Part shown: positions 49,916-63,719 of the stretch, one piece after another | How positions within the stretch are numbered: the stretch's first letter is position 1 | Layout: each line of letters opens with the position of its first letter | Assembly: GCF_963921235.1 (NCBI RefSeq) | Contig: NC_086097.1 | Coordinates: 114,764,001 to 114,828,000 of the forward strand | Length of the DNA stretch: 64,000 bases | Reading direction: 5' to 3' | Origin: Mobula hypostoma | Lineage: Eukaryota | Position numbers and translations under genes: made by a program | Notes under the pieces: model-generated | The model's input: the letters and a program-made list of their open reading frames with translations, nothing else | The model's database searches: none | Told to the model about the DNA's origin: nothing

Positions 49916-51289
49916 GTACATTCTCACTCTCAAGCTGCTCCTATTTTCTCATTGACCAGAGATCCTTGGTCTCCAGGTTTTACCCTATCACCAACTTCAA
50001 CCTCCCACCCCAAATCCTCCTTATTTTGTTCCACCCGACCTGTTTCCCATCAAGGTGCCAAGGTAAGCTGGCAAGTTGGATCCAAAACTGCCTTGGGAGG
50101 AGGAAGCAGAGGGAGGTGGAGGATAGCTTTTCTGATTAAAAGTTTGTGACAGATGGTATGCCACTACGATAAGTGTTGGGATCCTTCATGTTGGTAATTT
50201 GCATTCATGACTTGGATGTGGATGAACTCCATTTTCCTGATTTCTCCCCATAACTTTTGATGCCCTTACTAATCAAGAACCTTACTGATCAAATAATGAT
50301 TCAATGCATACAAAGTCATTGATTGAGCCCCAAGGAGTGTTGAACAGCAGGACCTTGGTATAAAAGTTTATCAATCTCTGAATGTGGCAGCACAGGTAAT
50401 AGAGTAGTGAAGAGATCTTCTTCAGTCGTGACATAGAATATAAAAATAGGGATGCTGTGTTACAATGTCCAACCTTTCGTTACAGCACATGCCCTCTAAT
50501 CCAGGCAGCATCCTGGTAAATCTCCTCAAAGCCTTGACATTCTTCCTCTATAATGGGGCAATCAAAACTGTATGCAATACTCTAGAAACATCCAAACTAG
50601 ATTTTTATAAAGCTGCAACATAGCTTCCTAAATCCAATGCCTCGACTAATAAAGACAAGCATGGCATATCCTTTCTTACCACCCAATCAACCTGTGTAGC
50701 CACTATGAACTTGGGCCCCCAAGATCCGTCTGATCATCAACACAGTTAAGGGTCTTTCCCTTAACGGTGTAGTGTGTCTTACAGCTGACCTACAAGGTGC
50801 AACTCTTCATATCTGGTTAGATCAGTGTTAGAGTATCTGTGCAGTACTGGTCACCACATTATATGGTGGATGTGATTGTGCAGAAGAGGATGAAGTGAAG
50901 ATTCATTTGGATTTTTCCTGGGTTGGAGTACTTCAGTTATAAAGAGAGATTAGATAGGTTGCGATTGCTTTCCTTGGAGCAGGGGATTCCAAGTGGTGGT
51001 GGAGCATGGGAAACCTGGTGAAGGTATACAAAATAATGAGGAGGATCGATAGGGAGAGTTAGCTTAGAACAAAAAGTAGGAGGTAATAGTTTGATGTTTT
51101 ACAGGGAATCTTTTTCAAACAGAAAGGGGTTAGAGTCTGACCTACACTTCCTGAGCTGGTGATGAGTGCAGATAATCTCAGACAGGCATTAGCATCGCCA
51201 GTGTAGAAAAGACTACAGATAAAATATGGGCAAATGAGGCTGGTACAGAGTACAGTGGTTAGCATAGACAAGATGGGCTGGAGACATGC

Positions 51290-51672
51290 CCGTCACCTCC
51301 CTTTGGTGTTCTTCCTCCTTCCCTTTTTCCCATGGTCCACTCTCCTCTCCTGTCAGATTCCTTCTCCTTCAGTCCTTTACCTCTTCCACCCATCACCTCC
51401 CAGCTTCCCACTTCATTCCACCTTCCCCACCCACACCCCTCCATCTCCCTCACCTGGTTTCACTTATACCAGCCAGCTTGCACTTCTTCCTACAGCCCCC
51501 CCCCCCCACCTTCTTATTCTAGCTTCTTCCTCCTCCCTTTCCGGTACAGTCCTGATGAAGGGTCTCGTCCCAAAACATCAACTGTTTATTCCCCTCCATG
51601 TACCTGGTGTGTCCCTCCAGCATTTTGTGTGTGTTGCTCTTGATTTCCAGCATCTACAGAATCTCTTGTGTT
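51290..51672 (+). mobile_element. Penelope pLTR remnant
   Basis: CAGTCCTGATGAAGGGTCTCGTCCCAAAACATCAACTG. Confidence 0.75.
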
Positions 51673-52443
51673 TATGATGGACTGAAGCACACTTATGTTC
51701 TGTGCGATTGTATGTCTGTAACTCGAAGGACAAATGCACTGGATTATCAAAGTTAATGCAGTGAGGGCTGGCTCTCGAGGTATACAAGCATCACAAATAT
51801 TGATGGACAGAAGAAATAAATCTAGAACCACATTAGCTGGCCAAATTGCCAGTCAGGAAACTTCCTGGATCTCTGTCCCAAAGGTACAAGGTGCTTTAGC
51901 TAAAGATGTCCGATGCCTGGTTTGATGCAAGCCAATCAACATGTCCCTATTGTCTGTCCATTTTGCCCATGTGTGCAAATGTCACACGGTCATATCAATT
52001 TCCAAACTATATCTCTTAAGTGGCCTCCCACTGTGAGCCAGATCTCTTTGCAGACAGCAGTGTTTGTTACACAGCTGTTTGTGTGTAATTTCAAAACCAA
52101 TTACTGCTTGTAATTTACATTTGAAGACTGTTTGGAAGCTAGTCCTTGTTTATATTAATGGCTACTACAGCAGACATATTTTCTGACCATGGCTGTTTTT
52201 CAGTAACAAAAAGAATAGCTTTGGGGTACTGCAAGTAATTAGGAAAGCTAACAGCAAATTAATGTTTGTTGCTAAAGAAATCACATATCAAAATAGGGAG
52301 TGTATGCACCAGTTATATAGGCATATGGTGAGATCACACCTGGTGTACTCTGCACAGTATTAGTATCCTTATTTAAGGAAGACTAAGAGTGCATAGGAAG
52401 CAGTTTAGACAGGGTTTATATGACAAATACCTGTAACAGGTAT

Positions 52444-52685
52444 CACGGTGGCATAGCAGTTAGCATTACGCTATGGCAACACCAGTGACTTGGGTTCGAT
52501 TCCCGCCACTGTCTCTAAATCCCAGGTACATTCTCCATGGGACTGCATGGGCTTTCCTCTGGGCACTGCAGCTTCCTCACACATTCCAGAGGTGTACCGG
52601 ATAGTAGGTTAATCGGATACATAAATGTAATTGGCTGGCGCAGACTCAATGGGCTCGAAGGTCCTTTAACCTGTATCTAAATAAA
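52444..52685 (+). mobile_element. tRNA-derived SINE inside an old CR1
   Basis: CACGGTGGCATAGCAGTTAGC (A box) .. GGGTTCGATTCCC (B box); tail TGTATCTAAATAAA. Confidence 0.75.
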
Positions 52686-53693
52686 CAGGCATGTCGTCAT
52701 ATAGGGAAAGGATTGACAGGTTGGGATTATGTCTGCTAAAGTCTCAAAAAGTGAGAGACAATGACTGAAAATTCACTTCACTCTGAGGGGTCTTGAACCA
52801 GGCACTCCAGTTCTAGAACAAGGCAGAAATAGACACACGTTTGTAAAGCAGCAGGGTTCAAGGCTAGTGGGGCAGGTAGGGGAGATTGTTTATACATCCA
52901 CTCAGTGTCATATGCATTTTGATCAAGTCACCTCTCAATCTTTAAAAATGTCTATTGGATATCAGTTGAGCTTGTCTAACCATTATCGACTTGCCCATTT
53001 TGGTAGTATTTGATGAGATCTTAGAACTTCTTTTGGTACAGTAACATCTTGCTTTAAATAAAGAGACTTAAACTGTGTATAATACTCCTGATGTGCTTAC
53101 ATAAATGCTCTTTATAACTAAAGCATAACCACCCTGCTTTAGGAATTGAGATTACATTCAGATCAGCATGATCTTATTCAATTACAGAGCACGGTTGCTG
53201 GGCTAAGTAGCTCATGCCTGCTTTTTAAGACTGTGGAGACCAAGTCATTCGGTAAACTTAAAGCAGAGGTTGATAGGTTCTTCATTAGTCAGGAAGTCAA
53301 ATGTTGCGGGGAGAAGGTAGGGGAAAGGGGTTGAGAGGGATAATAAGTCAGCCATGATGGAATGATTGAGCAGACTCATCGAGCCAAATGGTCTAATTCT
53401 GCTCCTATGATTTATGGTTTTATGGTCTTATTTGTACTTTTATATGTTTAGTATTCTAGCTGCTTATGATGTTTAAATATACAACATTGCAATAATGGTT
53501 TCATTTGATGGTTCTTTAAGGGTTTTTGATTCCCCATTAGCACAAAGGCAAGTGTTATTACATTAAACCTTGACCAACCAAGCATGCTTCTACTTTGTTG
53601 GTCATCCTTCATGGCAATGTATTGGACGATTAAACGCGGAGGTGGTTTCTCACCCAGTCAGATGATGTAGATCAGGCCTTTTGACAACACTTT

Positions 53694-53945
53694 TGTTGTG
53701 TATTTGATACTTCAGTAATATTTGAGTAATCTTGCAAATTTGTTGTTGATTAAGCCTTCTTGTTTGTTTAAAATAACTAATTCTGGGTTATAGCTATAAA
53801 TATATGAAATGCATGCATCATCACTCTACCATCACTCATATGTGTGAGCCTTGCTAAAGAGTAAACTCGCAGTTAGACTAACATTTCAGACTCCCGAGTC
53901 CTCCTTTTGAAGTAGCTTAATGTTTTGAAGTTACAAAATATAACA
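53694..53945. mobile_element. Solo LTR
   Basis: TGTT..AACA termini; flanks ACTTT / ACTTC form a near-perfect 5-bp TSD. Confidence 0.65.
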
Positions 53946-54049
53946 ACTTCCACTTCCTTGGGTTGTTGACCATCCTTATCGTGCTTATGCGACTGCGATT
54001 GTTGTTAACCATAGTATATCTTATTTTTAAGAGGTGCTGGCTGCCCTTC

Positions 54050-54600
54050 TAGAACATAAAATGCTACGGCATAATACAGGCCCTTCGGCCCATGATGCTG
54101 TGTTGACCTTTTACTGTACTCCAAGATAAATCTGACTCTTCCTTCCTACATAGCTCTCCATTTTTCTATCGTACATGTGCCAGGAGCATTCTAATGTCAT
54201 GAATGTATCAATCTCAACTACCACTCCTGCCAGTGTGTTCCATGCACCTACTACCTAAAAATATTTTTAAAAACCTCTTACATTCCCTGTAAACTTTCTT
54301 CCAATCACCCTTATGCTCTATTGTATTAGCCATGTCCAGCCAAGGAAAAAGTTCCTGGCTGACCACTCGATCTTTGCTCTAATCATCTTGTACACCTCTA
54401 TCAAGTCACCTCCCATATTCCTTCACTCCAAAGAGAAAATCCTTAGCTCATTCAGCTTACACTCATAATTTATGCTCTTGAATCCAAGCAACATTGTGGT
54501 AAAGCTCCTCTGCACCCTCTCTAAAACTTCCTGAACTAAACACGGTAGTCCAATTGTGGTTTAACCAGGGTTTTTATAGAACTGAAATATACTGTAGAAC
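54050..54600 (-). mobile_element. Old CR1 3' fragment
   Basis: ACAGGCCCTTCGGCCCA..TCTTGTACACCTCTATCAAGTCACC..CTCTGCACCCTCTC. Confidence 0.8.
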
Positions 54601-54714
54601 TTTTGAGTTGTCCAAGGTACCTATTTCCCTTCATCTTTACCTCTTACCCTGTCTCCACAATCAGCAGAGCGCCACTGACTGTGAACTTAGTAAGTCCAGC
54701 ATGAACTGATCAGA

Positions 54715-55802
54715 TATAAGGTACCCCTGCAAGGCTTGTTGAGAAAATAAGGAGGCATGGGATCCGAGGGGACCTTGCTTTGTGGTTCCAGAACTGGCTT
54801 GACCTCAGAAGGTAAAGAGTGGTTGTAGATGGGTCATATTCTGCATGGAGGTTTGTGACCAGTGGTGTGCCACAGGGATCTGCTCTGGGACCCCTACTCT
54901 TCGTGATTTTTATAAATGACCTGGATGAGGAAGTGGAAGGATGGGTTAGTAAATTTGCTGATGACACAAAAGTTGGGGGTGTTGTGGATGGTGTGGTGGG
55001 CTGTCAGAGGTTACAGTGGGACATTGATAGGATGCAAAACTGGGCTGAGAAGTGGCAGATGGAATTTAACCCAGCTAAGTGTGAGGTGGTTCATTTTGGT
55101 AGGTCAAATACGATGGCAGAATATAGTACTAATGGTAAGACTCTTTGCAGTGTGGAGGATCAGGATGACTGTGTGGTTAAGAAGGCACGCGGTGTATTGG
55201 CCTTCATCAACCGTGGGATTGAGTTCGAGAGCTGAGAGGTAATGTTACAGCTATATAGGACCCTGGTCAGACCCCTTTTGGAGTACTGTGCTCAGTTCTG
55301 GTCACCTCACTACAGGAAGGATGTGGAAGCCATAGAAAGGGTGCAGAGGTGATTTACAAGGATGTTGCATGTCTTATGAGAATAGGTTGAGTGAACTTGG
55401 CCTTTTCTCCTTGGAGCGATGGAGAATGAGAGGTGACCTGATAGAGGTGTATAAGATGATGAGAGGCATTGATCATGTGGATAACCAGAGGCTTTTTCCC
55501 AGGGCTGAAATGGCTAACATGAGAGGGCACTGTTTTAAGGTACTTGGAAGTAGGTACAAAAGAGATATTGGGGGTAAGTTTTTTTACTCAGAGAGTGGTG
55601 AGTGTGTGGAATGGGCTGCCGGTGATGATGGTGGAGGCAGATACAATAGGGTCTTTTAAGAGACTCTTGGATAAGTACATGAAGCTTAGAAAAATAGACG
55701 GCTATGGGTAACCATAGGTAATTTCTAAAGCAAGTACATGTTCGGCACAGCATTGTGGGCCGAAGGGCCTGTATTGTCCTGTAGGTTTTCTATGTTTCTA
55801 TA
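54715..55802 (+). mobile_element. CR1 LINE 3' part, same family as 840-5348
   Basis: VTSGVPQGSALGPLLF..KFADDTKVGG; tail TTTCTATGTTTCTAT. Confidence 0.92.
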
Positions 55803-56184
55803 TGTGGGACAAATGTTCTCTTCACTTTTGGGAAACAATAAAATTGTGTAACTTTTCAGATCAAGGAATACACAGGATAACGGTGTCAAATTTAGGTATT
55901 CTATTTTAAGGTCAATAAAAAATCTTTAATTTGAACTCTAGATCAGAAGGATATCATTTACAGAGCTGAACTAAAGGTTAGCTGTGTGTTCAGCAAAGCT
56001 GCCTTACCCTCAATAATCCTTAGCAGAATTCAGGCCCTGCTGCATCCACACAAATCTCAGCAGTTTAAAGATTCTTGTCTTGTGCTCATCAAAACACTTA
56101 ATGTCTTACAAAATGAGGAGGAATTTATTTAGCTAATCTGAACCTGTGGAATTCATTACCACAAACGGCTGTGGAGGTCAAGTC

Positions 56185-56955
56185 ATTTGGACTTCCTCAA
56201 TGTCAACAAGACAAAGGAGGTGGTTATTGACTTCAGTAGAATTCACACCACTCACACCTCTCTTTACTTCGGTGACACAGCAGTTTCAAACTCCTGGGAG
56301 TGCACATCCCACACAACCTCTCCTTGTCCCAGAACACATCCTACACCATCAGGAAAGCTCACCAACGCCTCAACTTTCTGAGGAGGTTGAATAGAGCTAC
56401 ACTATGCAGATCTCTTTTCACATCATTCGACAGATGCACAGTAGAGAGCATCCTAACAAGCTACATCACCGCATGGTACAGAAACTGCACTGCGGCGTAC
56501 AGGATTGCTCTACAGGACAGAGCCAGGAAAGTGCCAGAAACCTCATGAAGGATCCCACCCACCCTGCTCATGGACCGTATGTTCCTCTTCCACCAGGGAA
56601 GAGGCTGTGTAACGTCCACACCAGGACCACCAGACTCAAAAACAGTTACTTGCCTTAAGTAGTAAGGCTGATCAACACCCCCGCCCACTAAACTATCCCT
56701 CCACACCCCCAACCACCACTACTTTATCATTTCCTGTCAGAGTCACTTTATGTACAGACACTCCTGTGGCTAGCATCACTTTGTGGACACAGAATCAGTC
56801 TATGCATATAAGCTATTTTATGTATTTATATTTAATGTATTTTTTTAAATTATCATGTTCTTTTTCTTATTTTATGTGCTGCATCAGATCCAGAGTAACA
56901 ATTATTTAATTTTCCTTTACGCTTGTGTATTGGAAATGGCATTAACCAATCTTAA
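56185..56955 (+). mobile_element. Rex1/Babar-like LINE fragment
   Basis: LNVNKTKEVVIDF; RKAHQRLNFLRRL..CTVESILTSYITAWYRNC; an antisense relative lies at ~57565-58005. Confidence 0.85.
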
Positions 56956-57460
56956 GTATTTAAGCAAAGGTTGATAACATCTTGACTAGTAAGGGCATCA
57001 AAGGTTAAGGGATGAAGGTAGGAGAATGGGGCCAAGATAGATAACATATCAGTCACAATGGGCTGCTCCGATGTCTTATGGAAATCTCAAATTAGCAAGA
57101 TGTCAACTTGTCATAGTAAACTGCTGCAAGGTCATCCATCTGACAGTGAACGTATAAGAAATGGAGTGTTGTCATCTGTTCAGATAAATGCAGCTCTTCA
57201 CATTCAGTAGGCAGACAGAAATGTCAGGTAATCAGAACAATCAAGTGGAAGTTACATTATTCCCACAGGCAAACTTCCCTTGAACCATCAATCAAGTTCT
57301 GCTTATAATGTGGAATCCAAGAATTCTATCTGGAGTTGCAGATTAGGATTACCTCCTCATTATATACTCCAATGTGCAATGAAATTCCTTGTTTGCATGA
57401 AGCTCACAGAATATGCCATATGTATGGTATTTATGTTGTTCACGTGCGCACGCACATGTA

Positions 57461-57478
57461 TACACACACACAGACACA

Positions 57479-57510
<32 letters not shown>
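57461..57510. repeat. (CA)n microsatellite
   Basis: Read directly; a second (CA)n at ~58175-58204. Confidence 0.95.
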
Positions 57511-57512
<2 letters not shown>

Positions 57513-58941
57513 ATGTACATGGCAATAATAATTACAAATAAAAGAATAAACAGGCCCAGATATATATTCAAGATTCAAGACTGTTTATTGTCATTCTTTC
57601 GTGTAAAATTAACGGAGAGCAAAAATGATTGTTTCTCTGGATCTGATGTGGCTAAAAAAAATCACAATAGACATAATAAGCATGAAGACCACAATTGAAA
57701 AAATCAAAAATAAGCACATAAATATACATATGTGAAAACAAAATGTACAAGTAATTGTTATACACATAGACTGATTGTATGTACATAAAGTGAGGCTAGG
57801 TTTTTTGTATGTAGTGGTGGTGGGATGGGTTAATGGGTGGAGGTGTTGATCAGCCTGTCGGCTTGTGGGAATTAACTGTTTTTGAGCCTGGTGGTCCTGG
57901 CGTGGATACTGTATAGCCTCTTCCATGATGGGAGTAAGACAAACAGACCAAATAACAAGGTGGGAGGGATCCTTCATGATACGATATTGCTGGCCTTTTT
58001 CCAGCACTTTATATGTATACTTATAGTCCTGAAGAAGGGTCTTGGCCCGAGACATCGACAGTTTATTCATTTCCATAAATATTACCTGATCTGCTGAGTC
58101 CCTCCAGCATTTTGTGTGTATTGCTTTGGCTTTCCAGAATCTGCAGATTTTCTTGTTTATATACTGTATATATGCACACACACACACACACACACTCTCA
58201 CACTCTAACAATAATGGTTGGAACCAAATTAAACCTTACTCATTGTGTTGATGCTTACTGTAGCTGCTTCTGACATACAGTATTTAACCCATATCAATAC
58301 AGGAGGTAATTGATGTATTGCTTGTGGCAAGATGGACAAGAAAATGGTATGATCTGTATGATCAGGCCAGCTGACAGAATATATTGCCTGTCTGTGTAGC
58401 TGCCAAGTATCAGTATGACGCACTGTAATTTGAATTATTCAATGCAAGATTGACAGAGGCATATTGTTTCTGGGTTAAGATAAGTATCTCCTGGTCTGAT
58501 ATGAAATGAAGGTGTATTAAATTGTAAACTCAACATAGCATCAACTTAAATGTTGCCTTCTTTATAACAACTTAATCCATGGATGTTGTGTAAACAGGAA
58601 AAAAGTTTATAGAAATAAACCAGAAAATGCAGTAAACACTCAACAGTTCAGTCTGTGGAGGGAAACATGGAGCTAATGTTTCTGATTGAGGACCCTTCAT
58701 GAAAACTGAGAAGGAGATAAAACACAGTCAAGAGAGAACACGGGGGAAGAAATGGACAGGACAAGGTAATTAGAGTTAGGCCAGAGGTGGCCATGACAAT
58801 CGGTTTGAGAGTGCAAATACAATGACGTTAGTATGAAAAGTTACAAACTATGGGCAGTAGAACAGGGCCAGCAGGTCAGGCTGCATAAATGCTAGGTCAA
58901 TATAACTGATGGATGACTTCTAATAAAAATAGACATAGTAC

Positions 58942-59518
58942 ATACAGAGGTCACTTTATTAGGACCCTCCTGTACTAAGTAATTTGGCCACAAGAGTGGA
59001 ACCTGGTATGATCTTCTGCTGCTGTAGCCCATCCTCTTTAAGGTTTGATGTGTTGTGCATTCAGAGATGCTCTTCTGCACACCACTGTTGTAACCTGTGG
59101 TAATTTGAGTTACTGTCACCTTCCTGTCAGCTTGAACCAGTCTGGCCATTCTCCTCTGATTTCCCTCATTAACAAGGCAATTTTGCCCACTGAACTACTG
59201 TTCACTGGATGTTGTCTTTGTTTTTTTGCACCACTCTCCATAAACTCTTGAGACTATTGTGCTTGAAATTGCCAGGAGATCACCAGTTTCTGAGATACTC
59301 AAGCTACCTTACCTGGAATCAACAATCATTCCACAGTCAAAGCCACTTAGATCACATTTTTTCCCGATTCTGATGTTTCGTCTGAACAACAACTGAACCT
59401 TGTGATCATGTCTGCATGCTTTGTTGCATTGACTTGCTGCCACATGATTGGCTGATTGGATATTTGCATTAATGAGCAGCTGTACAGGTGTAGCTAATGA
59501 AGTGGACACCGAGAGTAT
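58942..59518 (-). mobile_element. Tc1-derived MITE
   Basis: MARLVQADRKVTVTQITTGYNSGVQKSISECTTHQTLKRMGYSSRR; GKKCDLSGFDCGMIV; CACTTTATTAGG end. Confidence 0.88.
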
Positions 59519-59924
59519 GTACTGTATATATACCTGTGATTAAATTGGAGGATTGCTGGGCAGCATGGCTTGAAGGGCTGGAATGGCCTATTCTGTGCTA
59601 TAGTTTAATAAATAAATAAATAAAATTAAAAAGTATCAAACTAAGGAACAGTAACCTACTTAATGCCTAATACAATAGTCTAGTTTTCAGTCTCATTTGA
59701 GTGTATTTCTCAATCTGGTTGATCTAGCAGCTTGGTGTTCACACAAGAGTGGAGGATGTTGGGATTGAAGGAGGGATGTAAACATTAAAATTTTATGTTT
59801 AAAACTTGAAAAACTTTAACTAAATTTGGTCTGAGGTGAATCTTTGTTACAACATATATCTTTGTCCATGGACATGTTAATTTTTAATATGAATATAGCA
59901 CAGCGATTCAAGACAACAAAAATC

Positions 59925-60355
59925 AGCACGTTCCCAAGCCGTCCATCACCTTTATAAGAGCAGGAGAGAAGACTCAACATCGGCCTAGCTCCTCGGTAGG
60001 GCTTCTTGCCACTGCATGAGACTGGCAGCTCCAAGTCAACCTAGGGAGGCAGCTCAAGTTCCCAGAGAACGTCGCAGCCACTCCGCTCCACCCGGACGTG
60101 GTGTTAATACCGGAGTCTACAAAGCAAGTGGTCCTCCTGGAACTTACTGTCTCCTGGGAAGACCGGATTGAAGAGACTGTAGATCCGGAGGGGGGATCCG
60201 TGGATTAGTGTGTCACTTGGATACAAGTCGGGGGCTGATCACCCCCGACTGGGTCGACCGGGCGAGAGTGTCTGATGATTAAAAACCCAAAACACCCTAT
60301 AACCCCGGGCTCATCACTGAAGATGTGTCCAAGTAGCACCAGAAGGTGTATTCTA
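59925..60355 (+). mobile_element. Second, diverged Hero-type fragment (RLE domain, internal deletion, 3' UTR)
   Basis: Translates PKPSITFIRAGEK..DWQLQVNLGRQLKFPENVAATPLHPDVVLIPESTKQVVLLELTVSWEDRIEE, homologous to ~8830-9075. Confidence 0.85.
60215..60349 (+). ncRNA. Structured 3' UTR RNA element of Hero retrotransposon (copy 2)
   Basis: Same helix set as 9332-9464 with compensatory substitutions. Confidence 0.7.
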
Positions 60356-62066
60356 CAACTAGTACAATTTCATGTTTAGAAAATATTTGAATTTTTATTA
60401 GAATATGCATTAATTGCATTGTGTCACTTGGTACTGAAAGTTTACCATAAAATAATTCATTGTAAATATACAGGCAAGCAGTTTTCTCCAGGGATGGAAA
60501 GTCTCTGGAATATCCTGTCTTAGATGTTGTAGCAACATATAAACAGGGTGCATTTACTTACATCCTTAAATTCCTGAAGTGACGTTAGCAAATATTATAC
60601 TTAGCATTTACAGCAAGTTACAGAATCAGCAATGTTGGTTCTGCTTGAGAAATGCTTGTATATCTGCTTTTGAAATAGCTGTTATGTTAGAAGCATCTGC
60701 TAAGAGATGCCAAGAATATGCCAGACATTGAAGGTGGGAGATGTCGAGCCTCTTTCTTGGCAGCTGTGTATAGTCCATGTTTCACAGTAATGCATCAGTA
60801 TGCCAAGAGTGCAAATGCTATTGATCAGCATCTTAGACCTAGATGTCATTTTGTTATTCTTCTCTGCTGTTCTGTTAATCAGCCAAATTGAGTGACTGTG
60901 TTTTCAAAGTACCTATGGAGCTTGTGGCACAGTGGAGTGTTGTATGTCAAAATGAAAAGGTATCAAGATTTGTTGCCTGTTTCCAGTCCAGGTCTATTGA
61001 GTCTGATCTGTGGTGAAGACATAATGTTTTGTCTCTTTCTGACATTTTTCTTTGCACAGTGACACATTCAGTAGGACTCCTGCCTCATGATGTCAGAGAC
61101 CCAGGATTCAATCAAGTGCTGCTTACGTGGAGCTTGAATATGCTTCCGGGGAACAACTGGGTTTTCTCAGGGTGCCTCTGTTTCTTCTCACATCCCAAGG
61201 ATATGTGATTTAGTGGATTAAATCACCCCTGTCAATTGCCTCTAAAGTGTAGGTATGTAGTGGAATCTGGGTGAAGATGATAAAAATGTTGGGAAAATTA
61301 AAAATATATGATTCTCTGGGATTCGTGTGAATGTGTGGTTGGCATGGAGTTGATGGGCTGAAGGGCCTGTATCATTCTATGACTCCATTATTTGTACAGA
61401 TAACACTAAATTTGGTGGTCTAGTGGACAGTGAAGACAATGGTCTAATGTTACACCAACTGGGAAAGTGGGCAAAGGAATGGCAGATGGAATTTAACTCA
61501 GACAACTGCAAAGTAGGCCAAATAGCAGCAAATGGCATTAGCTCAGGTAGAAACAGGACAGACTGCATTACACACACAGAATGCTGGAGGAACTCAGCAG
61601 GTCAGGCAGCATCAATGGAAATGAATAAACAGTTGACATTCTGGGCCACGATACCTCATCAAGATCCGGTCACCGTCAGAATCTGGTACCCAGGGTCCCG
61701 ATAAAAGTTCTTAGCCTAAAACATCAACTGTTCAATTCCCTCCAGAGAAACCGTCTGATCTGCAGAATTCCTCCTGCATATAGCGTGTGTTGCTCCGGGT
61801 AGGTACTTTGGTTATGATGAATTTTGGGGGAGATTGTTGTTTTCATTGTGTTTTTCCCTTGTAGCTGTAATACTTTATGCTTGTTAATATGTTTCTTTCC
61901 TGTAAAATTTTAATAAGTTGTAGTATATTTGGTTCTGTACTTCTTTAGTTCTTATTTTGTTTGCAAAGATGAAGCTCAACTCAGTACCTGTCAACAGGTT
62001 TCCTATCAGACTGGTTTGCGGTATACTGTATATAAAAAAGCCTGTGCTCAATTCCCTTTGTTACTT

Positions 62067-62769
62067 TGTCACGTACCCCATGACCAGTTAAAGAACCAGC
62101 AGAAATGCAAAACACTTTGGACTCCAGTATTGCTATTAACTAATGGTATTTATTAATAACTATGCAATACAGTAATATAAAATCAGAATTATAAAACAGG
62201 TTAGCAATGATTATATACAAGTAAGTGTGGAAATATATATGAAAACCAAGCCTCTTCGAGTCTAGGGGTAAATAGATAGTCTTACGATGATGAGTAAAGT
62301 TCAGTTCAGTTCGTGGTATTGAGTTGAGTAGTGATGGAGAGAGAGAGAGAGAGAGGAAGAGATCTGAGTCTTCAGTTGAGCTGATGCTGTCAATCTTCCT
62401 GTAGTCCTCCGAAATCTTTTAGAAGTCACCAACTGTGACCACAACAAAGGAGATCGTTCTTCTGTGGTGGAAGTATCAACCCAGGCGAGGGTTGGGAGCT
62501 GACCTTCTATTTATCTCACCGTGCTGAATACCAACTGTCCATCAAGCAGCTCTATCCTTCTCTCTCTGTAAGAACCTGAAAGCTGCTAGTGTCCTTGCAA
62601 AAGTGTAAACATGCTGTCGAAAAACTATAACACCATCTCAGAGCAGTCTTCGCCTCTCTCTCTCTCTTTCTTTTTCTCTCTTTTAACAAGGTTTCTGTTT
62701 TCCACAACTCTCTCTCTCTCTCTCTTTCAAAAGCACAGTTCATAGGGGTAATTCAAGGACCCCACCACA
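62067..62769 (-). mobile_element. Probable solo LTR
   Basis: TGTCACG..CCACA termini; flanks ACTT / ATTT; TTTATT (AATAAA on minus strand) near 62148; internal (GA)n and (TC)n. Confidence 0.55.
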
Positions 62770-63119
62770 ATTTCTTCACTTGGTCTACTTGCTGGTACAG
62801 ACAGACCTTGGTTGACCTGTGGCAGGATGAGTGTCTGATAAAATAGCTGGAAACTCATTCTTGAATTCTGAAGAGACTTCTGGACAATCGGCATGGACAG
62901 GTTATGCCAAACAGCTAATTTTAGTACTCGTTAACACAAGAAATTATGCAGATGCTGTGAATCTAGAGCAACTGGATTTCTAACATCTGCAGAAACTCTT
63001 GTATTCATGATTTGCTGCTTTACTGCAAAGCCCCTGCGAGGTAGGCCAATCGTGAAGTTTAAATCTTCTTTTCCTCTTTCATGGCTCCCCTTCTGTGTTC
63101 TCTGCTGCTCTCTGACTCT

Positions 63120-63265
63120 TCAACTCCTTCCCCTCCCACAACCTTCATATTCTGGCTTCTTCCTCCTTCCTTTCCAGTCCTGATGAATCGTCTCAGCCCA
63201 AAATGTTGACTGTTTATTTCTCCCTATAGGTGCTGCCTGACCTGCTGGGTTCCTCCAGCATTTTT
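63120..63265 (+). mobile_element. Penelope pLTR remnant
   Basis: CAGTCCTGATGAATCGTCTCAGCCCAAAATGTTGACTG. Confidence 0.7.
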
Positions 63266-63719
63266 CATTTGCTATTTCAGTGCTGTGTGACTCTGTGATT
63301 TTATGACTTCTAATGAGGAAGAAGACTGTGCAAGGACAGGAAGCACCTTCTACAAACTGCTGAAGTCAAAAATCTATCTATTCAGCATCATCAGCACATG
63401 GGAATTCTCAGGCCAGAACTTGTAGCACCTATTTTTCATCCTGAACTGATGCAGAACTTACCTTCTGGTCATGAATGAAACTACATTCTGTTGATGTCCA
63501 GAGAGAGAATATGTGTCTGTCCCGTATGTTTGTATAACATGATGATGTTTTCATCACTTAGGCACTGAGCCATCACAGTAACAGAGGAGGTTTTCCGTAT
63601 TTCCCTATGAGAAGGTCAGTAGGGATACCCACCTCATTAGATGTTTTCTTATCCACACTGAATCAATAATCTTTTTGAGTTTAAGTACTAGAAACTTAAT
63701 ATTGCGAGTCATAATTTAA

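Noticed and set aside
54650..54680. Second CTCF-like motif TCAGCAGAGCGCCACTG
   Set aside because: Several core mismatches and no upstream module.
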